Assembly (NCBI GenBank): GCA_002269645.1
Contig: NIVC01001713.1
Span: 124,001-188,000 of the forward strand
From: Macrostomum lignano
Lineage: Eukaryota
Length of the DNA: 64,000 nucleotides
Reading direction: 5' to 3'
A program made the translations under genes and the position numbers. Below, piece after piece: positions 46,996 through 57,703 of the stretch (its first letter is position 1; each line of letters starts with the position of its first letter). Below the pieces are notes generated by a model. The model did not search any database. It saw only the letters and a program-made list of their open reading frames with translations, and was not told the DNA's origin.

Positions 46996-48039
46996 GTTCT
47001 GTCTCGCATAGAGGCGCCTAACCGCAGTACCCCTGTGAAACTTGTCTCTGCCTGGCTGAAAGCTTGTTATGAGTGAGTAGGCTGGGTTGGAGGGTAATAG
47101 TGGATCGGGAAGGGCTGCGGGTAGCTGTATAGGAAGGCAGGCCTATACCTGTTCCAGTGGTGCATTGACGGTCTCCCCTCAAGTGCCCTCTGAGCGAACA
47201 GCCAGCGACCCTATTAAAGCTGGAGTGTGCCAGAACCAGGACTGAGTCTGAGCAGGACGAGACCGTTGGCACGGTCACTATAGAAATGGCGGGTTGGCGA
47301 AGCAAAGGGTGAAATAGTCCCGGCGATTAGCCCTCCTGCCGCTTCAAAGATAAGAGACTGTCTGGCAAGAGTACCCGGGGTTTAGTTGGGGAGGTTCCTC
47401 GAGGGTTGCCACGGCCGTGGGGGCGGTCATACGACCGGTTTTTTTGGCTTTCCTAACCCGGTGAAGGCACGGGCTTCCCTGATTGGTTCGCACTCCCCCT
47501 CTGGCCCCGGGGAGGTTTTCGATTTGTACCCGGGGGTGGTGGGCGGTCGGCCCCAGCATGGTTGCCACGGCTCTCGGCCTTCGGGCCAACCCTAATAGGC
47601 AAGGGGTCTTTCTAACCTGGTTTTTGGGCACGGGCTCCCTGACTGGTTTGTCGAACCGCTGTCACTGTCCCCCGGGGAAGTTTGGTTTTTGTGATATTGC
47701 CCTTTGTACAGTCCTCTATAGTCTAACCTGGCTTTTTGTGTACATAAGTACACTCCCTATTTGGAATCTAAGTTTTCACTAGTGGCGTAAGAGCCTGATC
47801 AATGGCTGGGGCGCCGAATTACTTATTACTGTTACTGTTACGGCCAGTGGCGCAACCAGGGGGGGGGGGGGGGGGGGGGCGGTCGCCCCCCCCCTTAGGC
47901 GGGGGACCGAAAAAAAATCTAAGGGGGGACCAAGCGAATTTTCGCCAAAAACAGAGCCACCCCTCCGCCGCCCCCCCTCCCGGGACTTTACCCTCAGAAT
48001 CCGCCCCCCTTGAAAAATTTCTGGTTGCGCTACTGGTTA
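46996..48039 (+). mobile_element. Non-coding retroposon-like insertion with a (TTACTG)-type tail, flanked by a 22-bp direct repeat
   Basis: CGGCCCATCAGACTGGATTGCA at 46974-46995 and 48040-48061; tail ttattactgttactgtta near 47823-47840. Confidence 0.5.
47845..48035. mobile_element. 191-bp hAT-type MITE
   Basis: TIRs CAGTGGCGCAACCAG / CTGGTTGCGCTACTG (1 mismatch); 8-bp TSD GTTACGGC at 47837-47844 and 48036-48043. Confidence 0.85.
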
Positions 48040-48977
48040 CGGCCCATCAGACTGGATTGCAAATTTCTCCAGAGATAGTGCAGTAGTACGCGGATATTTT
48101 AATATCTTTTTTTTTTAAATTTAGCAACAACTAGCAATCTATAGTGCCCCCCTTCGGGGCGGCCAATGAGCAAGGGACGAATCCTTTATGAAAATAATTC
48201 TTAATTCGTTTATTAATTTATTTATAAATAGAATAGAATTTAATAATTAATTCTATTTTTTATTCTGGGATTATGTATAAATCAAACATATGCTATTTAA
48301 CCATGCTTGCCATCTTTCAGAGCAATAGCGTGCTACTTCTGTAGCCGGGGGGGGGCTCCAGGTATTGCACGGCAAGCAGTACGCCCTGCAACGGCTGCAA
48401 AAGCAGCAACAGCAGAAAAAAATGTTACTCATTGGCAGAACAGTTGGCTATAATACCAAGAGGCGTCAGTGGCGCTTTTGCAGAAGGCTTCACCAACAAG
48501 ATGGTACCATTGCACAAATTCTGTTACGAACATTTCATTGGTGGCAATCTTACCACTTGTTGGCTTGCTTTAGTCTGCACAGCTGGTCATAGGCATTCAC
48601 TTGGGAGCATGTAAATTTCACTCATTACTAATGAGCATTCAAAAACAGTTACAACCCTCCTCTTTTTGCAACCGGGCTTGGGACCGGCTTTGGCAGAGTT
48701 AAAGCCATCACAAGAGACTATCTGGGGTTTGCAAAGGCAGCTTCAAACCCCCTCTGGCTGCATTTGCATGTACGAGGGCCATTCCAAAAGTTCATGCAAT
48801 CAGACATTTTTTATTACAACAAAAAGCTGCTAATTTGGGCTTCTATCACTGCACTACGAGACTCTCTGGCCGAACCCTTTAATTGGAACATTAATTGATT
48901 GAATTTTCCTATTGCTTGGAAAAGGACTCTAATTGAGCTTCTATCACCGCAGTATCAAGACTGTCTCTGACCGAACC

Positions 48978-49108
48978 CTAGAAATGCAGTAGAAATGCAG
49001 TTTCTTATGTAAACACAGTCCTACAAATAAAGATTCTTAGAAACGTTTCCTAGAAATGCAGTTTCTTATATAAACACAGTCCTACAAATAAATATTCTTA
49101 GAAACGTT
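48978..49108 (+). repeat. 61-bp AT-rich satellite, left part (~2 units), target of the pPolB element
   Basis: Unit TTCTTAGAAACGTTTCCTAGAAATGCAGTTTCTTATATAAACACAGTCCTACAAATAAAGA; continues at 58615. Confidence 0.9.
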
Positions 49109-50019
49109 ACTACTAAGGACCCATTTATGGCTTGATTTTGGAGGTGAGGTGGGTGTCAACCCTCCTCGCCTCTCATTGGCTGGCGCCCCGATCACTAGGT
49201 GATCGATACCCGTATCGATATCGGCGCTCGGCGCGCGCGCGCCGCAGGCGCGTGGCGCCAAGCGCCGTCCAGCCGCAGGCGACCCTCCCCAGCCACCGGC
49301 GACCCTCCCCAGCCGCAGGCGCACCTACCGATATGTATGCTCACCCTACCGACATGTACCCCGATATGTACACCCTCCCGAGCCGCAGGCGCACCCTCCC
49401 GAGCCGTAGGCGCCCATGCGGCAGACGCCCATGCCGCAGACGCCCATGCCGCAGACGCCCATGCCGCAGGCACCCCGAGTGTACACTCTACCGAGCCGCA
49501 GGCACCCCGAGTGTACACTCTACCGATATGTACACTCTACCACTCTCCCGATATGTAGTCAACGATATTAGGCTAGTGAAAACTACTTATAGTAGGTGAA
49601 ATTGAGTATATTTACATAAAAATGTAGATAAAACATATTGGTAGGTGAATAATGACGCATATTGCATATTAAAATGTACATATTGGAGCATATGAGCAGC
49701 AAAAACACACAATGTAGGTGTATGGGCAGAAATAGACAAAGCAGGTACTGTAGGCGCTACATAGGTGGAAATACACACAGCAGGTTTACAAAGTGAACTT
49801 TCGATACATATCGGATTAATGTATAAAGCAGGTTTACAAGGCATGCATAAGGTGTAGTTGTATAATACAGGCACGCATGTATAATCAGATTATAGGCAAA
49901 CGCCCAGGTGCAACAGACGCGTAAATAATGTCGCACCGACTAAAGAGTAAATATTGTCTAACCCGCAGGTGCATAAATATTAAACAAAAGCGGTTCGGGG
50001 AAATCCCAAAAGGGAGGTT
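49109..50019 (+). repeat. Left terminal inverted repeat (911 bp)
   Basis: Reverse complement of 57704-58614. I saw only two mismatches, both near the inner end. Confidence 0.95.
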
Positions 50020-50332
50020 TTAGCCGCCCGTTTTCGCCACCGCCGCCGCCGCCCTAACCCTCTTATAGGTACAATTGCGTTGAAAGTATTTCGAGTCATT
50101 AGGTTGTAATGACCCTCCATATTTTAGGTGGGTGGACTCGAGCCCGGGGCCAGCCCATTTCAGTTTTTTGGGCCGGCCCCTCTGCCAATTTCCTCCCTAG
50201 GAGCGAGCTATCAGAATTGGTCTTTTAACCCCCGTGTATACACACATAGAGGCCCCCAGCTAGCGCCCATTCTAACCTACCCAGTGTACAGTGTTGGGTT
50301 CCCCAAACCGCGTACAAAGAGAAATACCCTTA

Positions 50333-51347
50333 TCAGTCAATCTCCATACGCTCCCTCAGGGCTGTCTCGTACGCGGCCTCTTCCTCCACGCTCTCGAAGC
50401 AGTAGTCGGATGACTGGCAATGTGGAAATTATAACAGTCAATGCAGATAGAATATATGCAAGGTATATGATTAGATGAGTTGTGTATATAATGTAATATC
50501 TTACCAAATCTAAATCGTCCTCCAGCCGCCACAGACGTAAAGACGCTGTATAGCGCACCAACGAAAGGTGCTCCTCCCAGTTGGAGGGCCATGCGGCGGG
50601 CTCATCCCACGCGGTTGGCCGCGCTCCCGGACCGGCCAGGTACGCCTCAGAGTCGGGGGCATACGAATTGCGCCCCATCAACCAGTCCTGGTGCAGAGTC
50701 TCAGCCTCCAACACCTCCCGTAGGCCGGCACCCCTCGCAACCAAAGTATCAAGAACCCGATTAAAGGCTCTGACAAAGGTAGCTTGGGAGGGCAGCCCGC
50801 CAGGATGCCGAGACCTCAGCCAGTCAATGTCCCCGCGGAAAAATGAGGCCACAATGCGAGGAAAGCGCTCACGAACCACGGCGATCTCCTCAGACATATC
50901 CTCGTCCTCGTCGTCGAAGAGAAGGAGCGTAGCGGCTGATGATATTGAGGCCCGGTGGGAGGTAGTTGAAGCAGCAGCAGAGACGGGCGTAGTAGAGGCG
51001 GCAGCAGCAGAGACGGGCGCAGCAGAGGCAGGGCCGGTTGTGGTCAGCTCCTCAACAGAGACGTCAAAGAGGGCGGCTGAGGCGGTAGTCAAATCGGAGG
51101 CAGTAGCAGCAGGGGCACCGTTCACAACCCCGCCGATAGCCAGCAGCGGGAGGTCAAAAACTTCAGACTCGGTGTCGCTATCATAGGACATAGCCCAAGC
51201 TAGATATTGATCAGCCTCCCAATTATCAGTTCCGTTGTTTTCAGTGCCTAGGGGAACTATGTGTTCAGGGATATCCCCGTCGAGGCTGGTTAACTCTTCA
51301 GTCGGGCGATTATTATCCCAGAGGTTGGATAGAGCTCGGCGGGACAT
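50333..51347 (-). CDS. Orphan acidic protein, ~307 aa, one intron; complement(join(50333..50413,50505..51347))
   Basis: Long ORF. Donor TTG|GTAAGA at 50504 and acceptor TTGCCAG at 50414 replace a hydrophobic read-through tail with SSDYCFESVEEEAAYETALRERMEID*. TATATAA box at 51421-51427. Confidence 0.7.
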
Positions 51348-51420
51348 GCTAGAATCAACAGAGAGTAAAGTATTAGAGCTGAGATAGGGTTTGACTCTCT
51401 GGAGAGGGGGGAAACACTAA

Positions 51421-51427
51421 TTATATA
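51421..51427 (-). promoter_or_regulatory. TATA box for the orphan gene
   Basis: TATATAA about 75 bp upstream of the ATG at 51347. Confidence 0.45.
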
Positions 51428-51463
51428 GACGGATCGAGTGAGGCGGTGCGAACCAATAGGAAA

Positions 51464-51996
51464 CTAGCAGTCCCAACCCTCGTTAAACAGATTTTCCCAG
51501 GGTGGAGATTGGTAGGGTTTGAGACCCATGAGCTGAAGAACATCCACCTCAGTCCCGGCTACCGGAGGCGTGTCTGTCTTGACTCGCTTGGCTGGAGGGG
51601 GTGCCTCAGGTGCCGGCTTGAAGAGCTTGTCCAAACGGGCGGCAAACATCCGGCGCCACAGTTCAGGCGTGAATTCGATCGTGTAGCGCCAATTAAACTT
51701 TGGGTCCTGATTGAGCCAATTGCGCAGCAAACGGATCCTCCCTCGCGAAGCTTCAACTGCCTTGAAATTGCCCAACAGGACCCGCTTGTTCACGTGAAGG
51801 CGGGCAGCAGCCTCCAGGTCAGGGCGCGCGCTTCGAGCTTCTTCCACTCTGGCTCGGCCAAGTAGATTGCAGGGAAGCCGTCCTTCCACACTCCGGCCTC
51901 GTTGGTGTAGAGACGCCGAATTTCAATCAAGTTGTGTTCAGTTTCAAATGTGGGCTTCCGCGCCACAAAGTTTTCGTATAGAGAGATAGAAGACAT
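51464..51996 (-). CDS. Tandem PC4-like ssDNA-binding protein, ~177 aa (one apparent 1-bp deletion near 51830)
   Basis: Repeat 1: LIEIRRLYTNEAGVWKDGFPAIYLAEPEWKKLEA(A)RPDLEAAAR vs human PC4 [44 protein letters not shown]. Repeat 2: VLLGNFKAVEASRGRIRLLRNW...TIEFTPELWRRM. Restoring one base gives 534 nt. Confidence 0.65.
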
Positions 51997-52041
51997 GATT
52001 TAGCAGCAGCAGCAGAGAGCTCTCTGACAGCCGTGCAGCGC

Positions 52042-52164
52042 CTTATATACCCCCGGTGGAGGGTGGGGTGGGTGATGATTTTGGGGTGATTTTTGATGAT
52101 TTTGGTTGGTTTTTGGCGATTTATCCAATAACAGGCGAGCTGAGCAGATTTTTTAGTATATATA
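52042..52164. promoter_or_regulatory. Compact divergent Pol II promoter: TATATAAG (minus, 52042-52049) and TATATATA (plus, 52157-52164)
   Basis: Each box lies about 45-70 bp upstream of the PC4-like ATG (51996) or the pPolB ATG (52235). Confidence 0.55.
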
Positions 52165-52234
52165 CAGACCCCCAGAGCCAGGGTAGAGAGATAAATCCTT
52201 CTCTCTCCGCTCTCTCACGCTCTCTGTTTGCAAA

Positions 52235-55200
52235 ATGGCTAAACGCAGCGCCGCAGCAACTGCTTTCCTGGCTGACAAGAGGCAACGTCTTTATGGTAAG
52301 TTTTAATTAATTTCTGTCTAGACTGTAGTTGCTAGGGTGGGGGTAGGGGCTGAGCAGCAGCAGCAGCTGCAGGGTCTGTGGGACCGCAGAGTAAACAACA
52401 AAGACTGCTGCGACAGCTGCAGGGGTCTAGACTGGAGTTGCTAGGGTGGGGTGCTGCGGCAGGGTCTGTAACAGAGAGTTGCAGGGGAGGGCTAGACAAG
52501 TTTCAGCCGGGTGTGTGCTGATAAGAAATTGCTGCTAGGGGGGTGTTGTCCAGACAGGCTGCAGCTGGGGTGCAAATTGCTGCGACAGAGAGTTGCAGGG
52601 GTGAGTAAACAAAGACTGGGGTGGGGTGTTGTCTAGACAGGGAGGGGTGTGCTGATAAGAAATTGCTGCAAAAACAGACAGTTGCTAGGGTGCTGCGGCA
52701 GATAAGAAATTGCTGCAGAATCGTTGGGGCAGGCTAGACAAGTTACAGCCAGGTGGGGGCAGAGAGTTGCTGGGACTGTGTAGCGCGGGGACAGACTGAT
52801 AAGAAATTGGCAGGGGCGCTACCCAGACAGGCTGCAGCTAGGTGCAAATTGCTGCGACAGAGAGTTGCAGGGGTGAGTAAACAAAGACTGCTGCGACAGG
52901 CTGCAGCGGGGGTGCAGATAAGAAATTGCAGAGAGTTGCTGCGGGGACAGCAGAGTAAACTCTGTTAAGAAATTGCTGGGGCTAGGGCGGGGAAACACGC
53001 TGGGGCCAGGAAAATGACAGATTCTTCTGGTTTTTTATCTCCTTGTGTTTTTTCAGACGCGTTTGTCCCGCCAACACAGCCGGAATCTGTTACCGGACCG
53101 GGTGAGTTATCCAGCCCCCCATTTCCCACACAGACCCTAGCTGACTCACACTCCCCCATTCCCCCCATGCAGGTTTTACGGCCCGGCTGGATAATCAGCG
53201 TGACCTGCCCAAGTTTAGGGCAAAGGGTGTCGAGTATGTGGTGCATATTACCAACACCGAAGATTTGCGGGAGGTGTTTGCTGACATGCTCGAAGTTTTC
53301 AAGCAAGATTTGGCTGGTGATGACTTTATGGCCGCGAAATTCGAGAGCGACAATATGCTCAAAGCGGCCCACACTCCCCCGGTGCGTGCATCCCGCATGA
53401 CGGCTGAATTGTTGTTTAAGCACATCAACAAGATTGTACAGTCGGATGCCACTGTCCTGACGGGCAACTTTTCTATCCGGTTGCTAAAGGCCTGGGTGCC
53501 TCGAGGTGGATGTGCTCTCGAGAACAAGCATCTAGAAGAGCGACACGCCTTCTCCAAGCACTATGTCCGCATCACCAACTCGGACAAGAGATGCCTGCTG
53601 CGCGCTCTGGTCGTGGCCTGCGCCTACCTGCAATTCGTGGCCAAGTCCATCACCAAGCAGGTGTGGCACACAATCAAGGCCAATTCGCCCACGCAGACTA
53701 AGCTGGTGGCTGAGCTACAAATCGAAGCGGGTCTCTACTCGGTAAGTTGTGTACTGATAAGAATTTTTACACAGTATCATGGAATACTAATATTTTCTGA
53801 TAAGATTTTTACGATAAGGAATACTAAAAGAATTTTTACACAGTATCATGGAGTACTAAAAGATATATTTTCTGATAAGATTTTTACACAGTATCATGGA
53901 ATACTAAAATTTTCTGATAAGAAATTTTACGATAAGGAATACTAAAAGAAATATTTTACCCTCCACACAGACTCTTCAAACCGTCTCGCAGGCTGGTCCT
54001 TTCGGCGTGGATGCACTGCCCGAAGCGATCCGTGCCCTGAACCGGCTGCATCCGGGGCACGATTTTGGTGTACGCGTGTACCGCGCAGAGGAGGCCAACA
54101 GGTGCATCTTCAACCTGCCTGGCACCGAGATTCTGCACCTGCACCTGGTCGAGCAGCACTTTAATGTGGTTACCAAGCTGCCTGCGTTTTTCGGCTCCGT
54201 GCGCTACTGCCCCAAGTGCGAGATGGCCTACGACTGCGCCAACGCCAAGCACAAGTGCGCGATGCCTGCAGTACATGCAAGACTCCGGGCTCCAACTGTA
54301 AGGCAAACCGCGCATATGTAAGATGCCATGATTGCGGGCTAAATTGCTATAATGCTCAGTGCCTAGAAAATCACAAGCGCAAGAATAAGGCCGGCAGATC
54401 GCGCTGTGATTCGGTCCACGTTTGCGGCACGTGTGGCTATCTAGAAGAACTAAAAGTAGGCCAGCCCCCTGAGCATCAGTGTGGTTACGCCAAGTGCCCA
54501 GTCTGCAAGCAGTACGACGAAACTGCCACCCACGAGTGCTTTGTCACCCCGCCCAAAGCCAAAGAGTCTAGCGCCCCGTATGTTTACTATGATTTCGAGA
54601 CGTACGTGGACTCTGGCAAGCAGCACCGGGTACACTTGGTTACGGCTGCCACCTCCTGCGAGGCGTGTCCCAAACTCTTCCCCAGGCCCCGCTGCAGCGT
54701 GTGCGGGGGACTACACAGCTCAGCCAATTGCATTGCGGGACGCGATTTGGCACTCGATTTCACGAGCTGTGTCTCGCACAATGACTGTGCCTGTGGGATG
54801 CGAGAGTTTGTATCTGTCGGGCCGCACTCTATCGATGCCTTTTACTGCTGGCTGACTAGTGTGTTCAAGCAGGGGGCAATTGCTATTGCGCACAATGGCT
54901 CTGCGTATGACGCATTCCTCCTGCTCGGCGCCCTACTCAACGGACTGGCCAAGAAGAAGCCGCAAGTGATCTTCCAGAACAGCCGCCTAATGTATATGAA
55001 GTGCGACAAGATCACCTTCAAGGACAGCCTCAATTTCATCCCTATTGGTCTGGCGCAATTCCCAAAGGCGCTTGGTTTGGGCACCCAACTGACCAAAGGA
55101 GATTTCCCGCACGTGTTTAACCAGCCACAAAATTGGGGGTACGTGGGACCCTACTGCTCAATTGATATGTATGGAGGAAAGAAAAACAAGCAGCACGACT

Positions 55201-57346
55201 CCATCGCAGACTGGCTGGCCAAGCAGGAGGGACAGGTGTTTAATTTCAATAAGGAGTACCTGGACTACTGCCTGCAGGACACGTTAATTTTGCGGGAAGG
55301 CTGTCTGAAATATACCCGCCTGATTAAGGACATTTGCGGACTGGACGCATTTGTCAATCCAACACCATTGCGGGCTTGGCTATGGCTGTTTTCACCACCA
55401 AGTTTATGGAGCCCAACACTCTTGGGGTGATTTCCCGCCGGTCCGATGTACAGTCGCACAAGGCGCGGTGCTGGCTGGCACATTTAAATGCAACCGAGTT
55501 TGGCGGCCGGTTGCGGACAGCGGACTCGGGCGGCGAGGCTTTCGCCATGGGCCGTAAGGTCGACGGCTTCGACCCAGAGACCAGGACAGTGCTGCAGTTT
55601 CATGGCTGCTTCTTCCATGGCTGTCCCAAGTGCTTCCCCAACGGCGACGTGCTGCACCCGCTCAAGAACCAGCCAATGCGGGCGATTTATGAGGAGACTG
55701 AGCGCTTCACCCGGTTGCTCTCCACTGCATACAATGTGCGTGTTCTGTGGGAGCACGACTATCAGGACGAGGGAGCGCCAGTCCAGCAGCCTATTCGCCT
55801 GGAGGATGCCCTGTTTGGCGGCCGTACCGAGGCTTTTGTCCCGCATGCCGAGGCCACCGAGACTGTAGAGCTGCGCTATCGGGATGTGGTAAGTTTGTAC
55901 ACTTGTACACACAGTTGACATGCGTTTGAGTTTATCTTATCCTCTAATTCTCTATTATCCTTATCCCCTAGGTGTCGCTCTACCCGACTGTCAACAAGTT
56001 TGACAAGTACCCTGTCGGGCACCCGGTTCACCACCCCGAGCCTCATCTACTGGATGAGCAGCAGCTGGCCCGGTATTTTGGCATCGCCGAGGTGTCGATT
56101 CTGCCGCCAACCAATCTCCACATCCCGCTACTGCCCGCCAAGATTAACAAGAAGCTGGTTTTCGGCCTCTGCCGCGTCTGCATGGAGACCCAGTGCAGCA
56201 GCGAGTGTACACACACTGACGCTGAGAGAATGCTCCGCGGCACGTGGTCGACCCCAGAGCTCCACAAGGCCCTGCAGTTGGGTTACAAGCTGCAGTCAGT
56301 TCATGCCCTGGCCTATTGGACCGAGACTCGCACGGGCCTGTTTGCAGATTATGTAAACACCTTTTTGAAGCTCAAAGCCGAGTCTAGCGGTTCGCCGGGG
56401 ATGGCTGAGGACGCCAAGGCTGCCTACATGGCCAGCTTTTTCGAGCGCGAAGGCGTCCGGCTGGAAAAGGTGGAGGAGAATCCTGGCCTGCGCTTTGTTG
56501 CCAAGATTTTTCTAAACTCGTAAGTTTTTCTACTTGCAGTGGGGGGCCATGTTTTTCTACTTACATAAAATTTATTTTTCCCCTGCAGGCTCTGGGGCAA
56601 ATTCTGCCAGCGCGACGACCTGACCTCCACAGAGATTGTGGACAGCTACGAGGCGTGGCTGCAGCGCCTGACCGACCCCTCGATCAAGGTCAAGTCGTGC
56701 GAGCCAATTGGGGAGAGCTTCATGATGCTCGAGTACAAGCCCCGATTTGGCGGTGCTGGCGAGCGGGCGTTCAAGTACGCTAATGTGCCTATTGGCGTTT
56801 TCACCACCTCCCACGCCCGGCTGCGACTCTACGAGGCTCTGGAGGGCCTAGGAACCCGAGTCATTTACGCCGATACTGATTCGTGAGTAATTTTTTCAAC
56901 TGTCTCTGTCTCTCTTTCTCCCCTTAACACTTTATTCTCCTCCTCCTCCCAGGGTTGTATACCGCTGCTCACCGGGCGAGTACGAGCCTCCGGGCGGTTC
57001 GAGTTTGGGGCAGTGGACTGACGAGGTACCTGCTGGCTGCCGCATGGTACAGTTCACCACGGGAGGCCCCAAGCTCTACCGGTACGTGGTGGAGAAGCCT
57101 GACGGGTCGCTGTACTCGGTGCTCAAGTGCAAGGGCATCAGAGTCACCCCCGAGATTTCCGAGCGCGAGGACGAGCTGCAGGAAATTCTGCGTCACGGCG
57201 GGACTGTACGCCTGCCCCAGGCCCAGTTCAGGCGCGATAAGGCTAGCTGTACAATCCGGACCCTCGAGATGGACAAGACTTTCCAGCGCGTAATGACTAA
57301 GAGGGTGTATGGGGCTGCTAGCCGCCCGTATGGCTTTCGGGAGTGA
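52235..57346 (+). CDS. polB: Protein-primed family B DNA polymerase (Polinton type), ~1269 aa, 7 exons: 52235..52295, 53057..53101, 53173..53741, 53992(or 53971)..55888, 55972..56519, 56589..56882, 56953..57346
   Basis: ExoI YYDFET, ExoII HNGSAYD, ExoIII YCLQD, FGGRTE, motif A RDV|VSLYP, motif B KIFLNS|LWGKF, motif C YADTDS|V, KxY/KCKG. All six introns are GT-AG and phase-consistent. Two 1-bp deletions (near 54258 and 55355) restore a 3810-nt frame. Confidence 0.92.
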
Positions 57347-57703
57347 GTGAAAGATAAGGATCTGTCTTTGCACGCCTGGGATTCCCCTATGTGCCCACTT
57401 GGGATCCCTTGACTCGTGGGGATGAAAATGGTTTTACGCCCGCACTGTACTTAGGGGTCCTTACTCATTTGGCGCCTCCACTGTACATTGAGCGGGATCC
57501 CCTCAAGTGTTAAAACTCCCATTTGACACCTATTCCCTCGGGGCGGTTTGTGGCCCAGCGGTCCGCCTCTTGGAGTAGAACTCCTGACATGAACTTGCTG
57601 CGCTGGTTAGCGTACTGATAGCGCAATCGAAATACGTTGTCCATTTTTCTAGCCCACTTGTGGGTTTAATTGTGTTGAAAGTATATCGGGTCATTAGGCC
57701 GTG

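Noticed and set aside
48771-48812. TACGAGGGCCATTCCAAAAGT, resembling a mariner 5' TIR
   Set aside because: No matching opposite end or transposase found.
49082-49874. ORFs inside the TIRs (mirrored at 57849-58626)
   Set aside because: They arise from GC-rich short repeats; no recognisable protein.
51790-51889. Programmed ribosomal frameshift joining the two PC4-like ORFs (and the two pPolB shifts)
   Set aside because: No slippery heptamer at the PC4 overlap. All three shifts are 1-bp deletions like the indel noise between the duplicated copies, so assembly error is more likely.
56520-56886. In-frame stops right at the donors of pPolB introns 5 and 6 as a designed switch
   Set aside because: Any phase-2 GTAA or GTGA donor creates an in-frame stop, so this is uninformative.
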